Shown: piece after piece, positions 63,681 through 64,000 of the stretch
How positions within the stretch are numbered: position 1 is the stretch's first letter
Layout of the letters: every line of letters begins with the position of its first letter
DNA from: Amoebidium appalachense
Lineage: Eukaryota > Protista > Ichthyosporea
NCBI GenBank assembly: GCA_963693365.1
Contig: CAVNZM010000015.1
Span: 1,674,001 to 1,738,000, forward strand
DNA: 64,000 nucleotides
Reading direction: 5' to 3'
Program-made: the position numbers and the translations under genes
The notes under the pieces: model-generated
What the model saw: only the letters and a program-made list of their open reading frames with translations
What the model was told of the DNA's origin: nothing
The model's database searches: none

Positions 63681-64000
63681 TGGGAGCTTTGGCAGGATAT
63701 ATTTCTCCTGCTGTACGTATGGATACCACCCTAGTAGATAAGTCTGTATGGTGCTCTGATGTTGATATTGCCTGGGAAGTTGTGCAGTGGCGTTGTAATT
63801 TTTGTTTTCATCGCCGCTGGTGCCACTTTTGTGCTGAACTTTTTAATAGCAAGCATGACGTTGATAGGTGTGAGTTTTTATGTCGCGTTTTACCTCTTTC
63901 CCTACGGGTGTCTGCTACCAGTACTGGCTGGCAATGTGACCACTTTAGACTTTTTGTTGAATTCTGTTGGTCGTCACATTGAGTATTTATATGATTTTCA

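Larger units (their letters stand above)
59768..63982 (+). pseudogene. LINE ORF2 (APE-RT) pseudogene
   Basis: Motifs as above are spread over several frames. Removing 61297-62373 restores GGFRYAYSC-YTHSLLLH...FIDLKNAYD. Confidence 0.9.
58660..64000 (+). mobile_element. Degenerate near-full-length LINE (family C): ORF1, APE endonuclease, reverse transcriptase, C-terminal CCHC knuckle; interrupted by a nested insertion
   Basis: ORF1 remnants 58660-59740 (NRFGVL, SYAAA, FIGGHVLELLV). APE motifs FWNVHGL, LAETW, IGDFN and SDHSP (59768-60370). RT motifs KARGPDAL, IPNSW, QGGFR, FIDLKNAYDTV, GLLQGSLLSPLLFDVFIDDL and LLFADDIVL. CHFC..H...C near 63820-63870. Many stops and frameshifts. Confidence 0.93.

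Overview
Eukaryotic genomic DNA, intron-rich and saturated with simple repeats (poly-C/poly-G, (CA)n/(GT)n, (CACG)n, (CT)n). Gene content suggests a holozoan-like lineage, but this is inference only. Most ORF-track entries are microsatellite artefacts. Manual splice reconstruction gives five real components. (1) A 9-exon STRAD-type STE20 pseudokinase (+, 10153-19117, ~380 aa). (2) A 35-exon gene (+, 21864-49326, ~2,756 aa) encoding a signal peptide, eight tandem transferrin-family lobes, one transmembrane helix and a cytoplasmic tail; no lobe keeps the full Asp/Tyr/Tyr/His iron site. (3) An elongator tRNA-Met gene (50162-50234). (4) An intronless F-box/LRR pseudogene (-, 53340-55279). (5) Two degenerate LINE families, one nested in the other with a 16-bp TSD. 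Non-coding highlights: a dispersed, poly-C-associated repeat whose two long copies share a covarying RNA fold (kink-turn helix plus pseudoknot); a conserved H-type pseudoknot and hairpin at the 3' end of the RNase H-bearing LINE; and many introns that end in (CA)n-AG and often begin with GT-(GT)n. All coordinates and alignments were read by eye.
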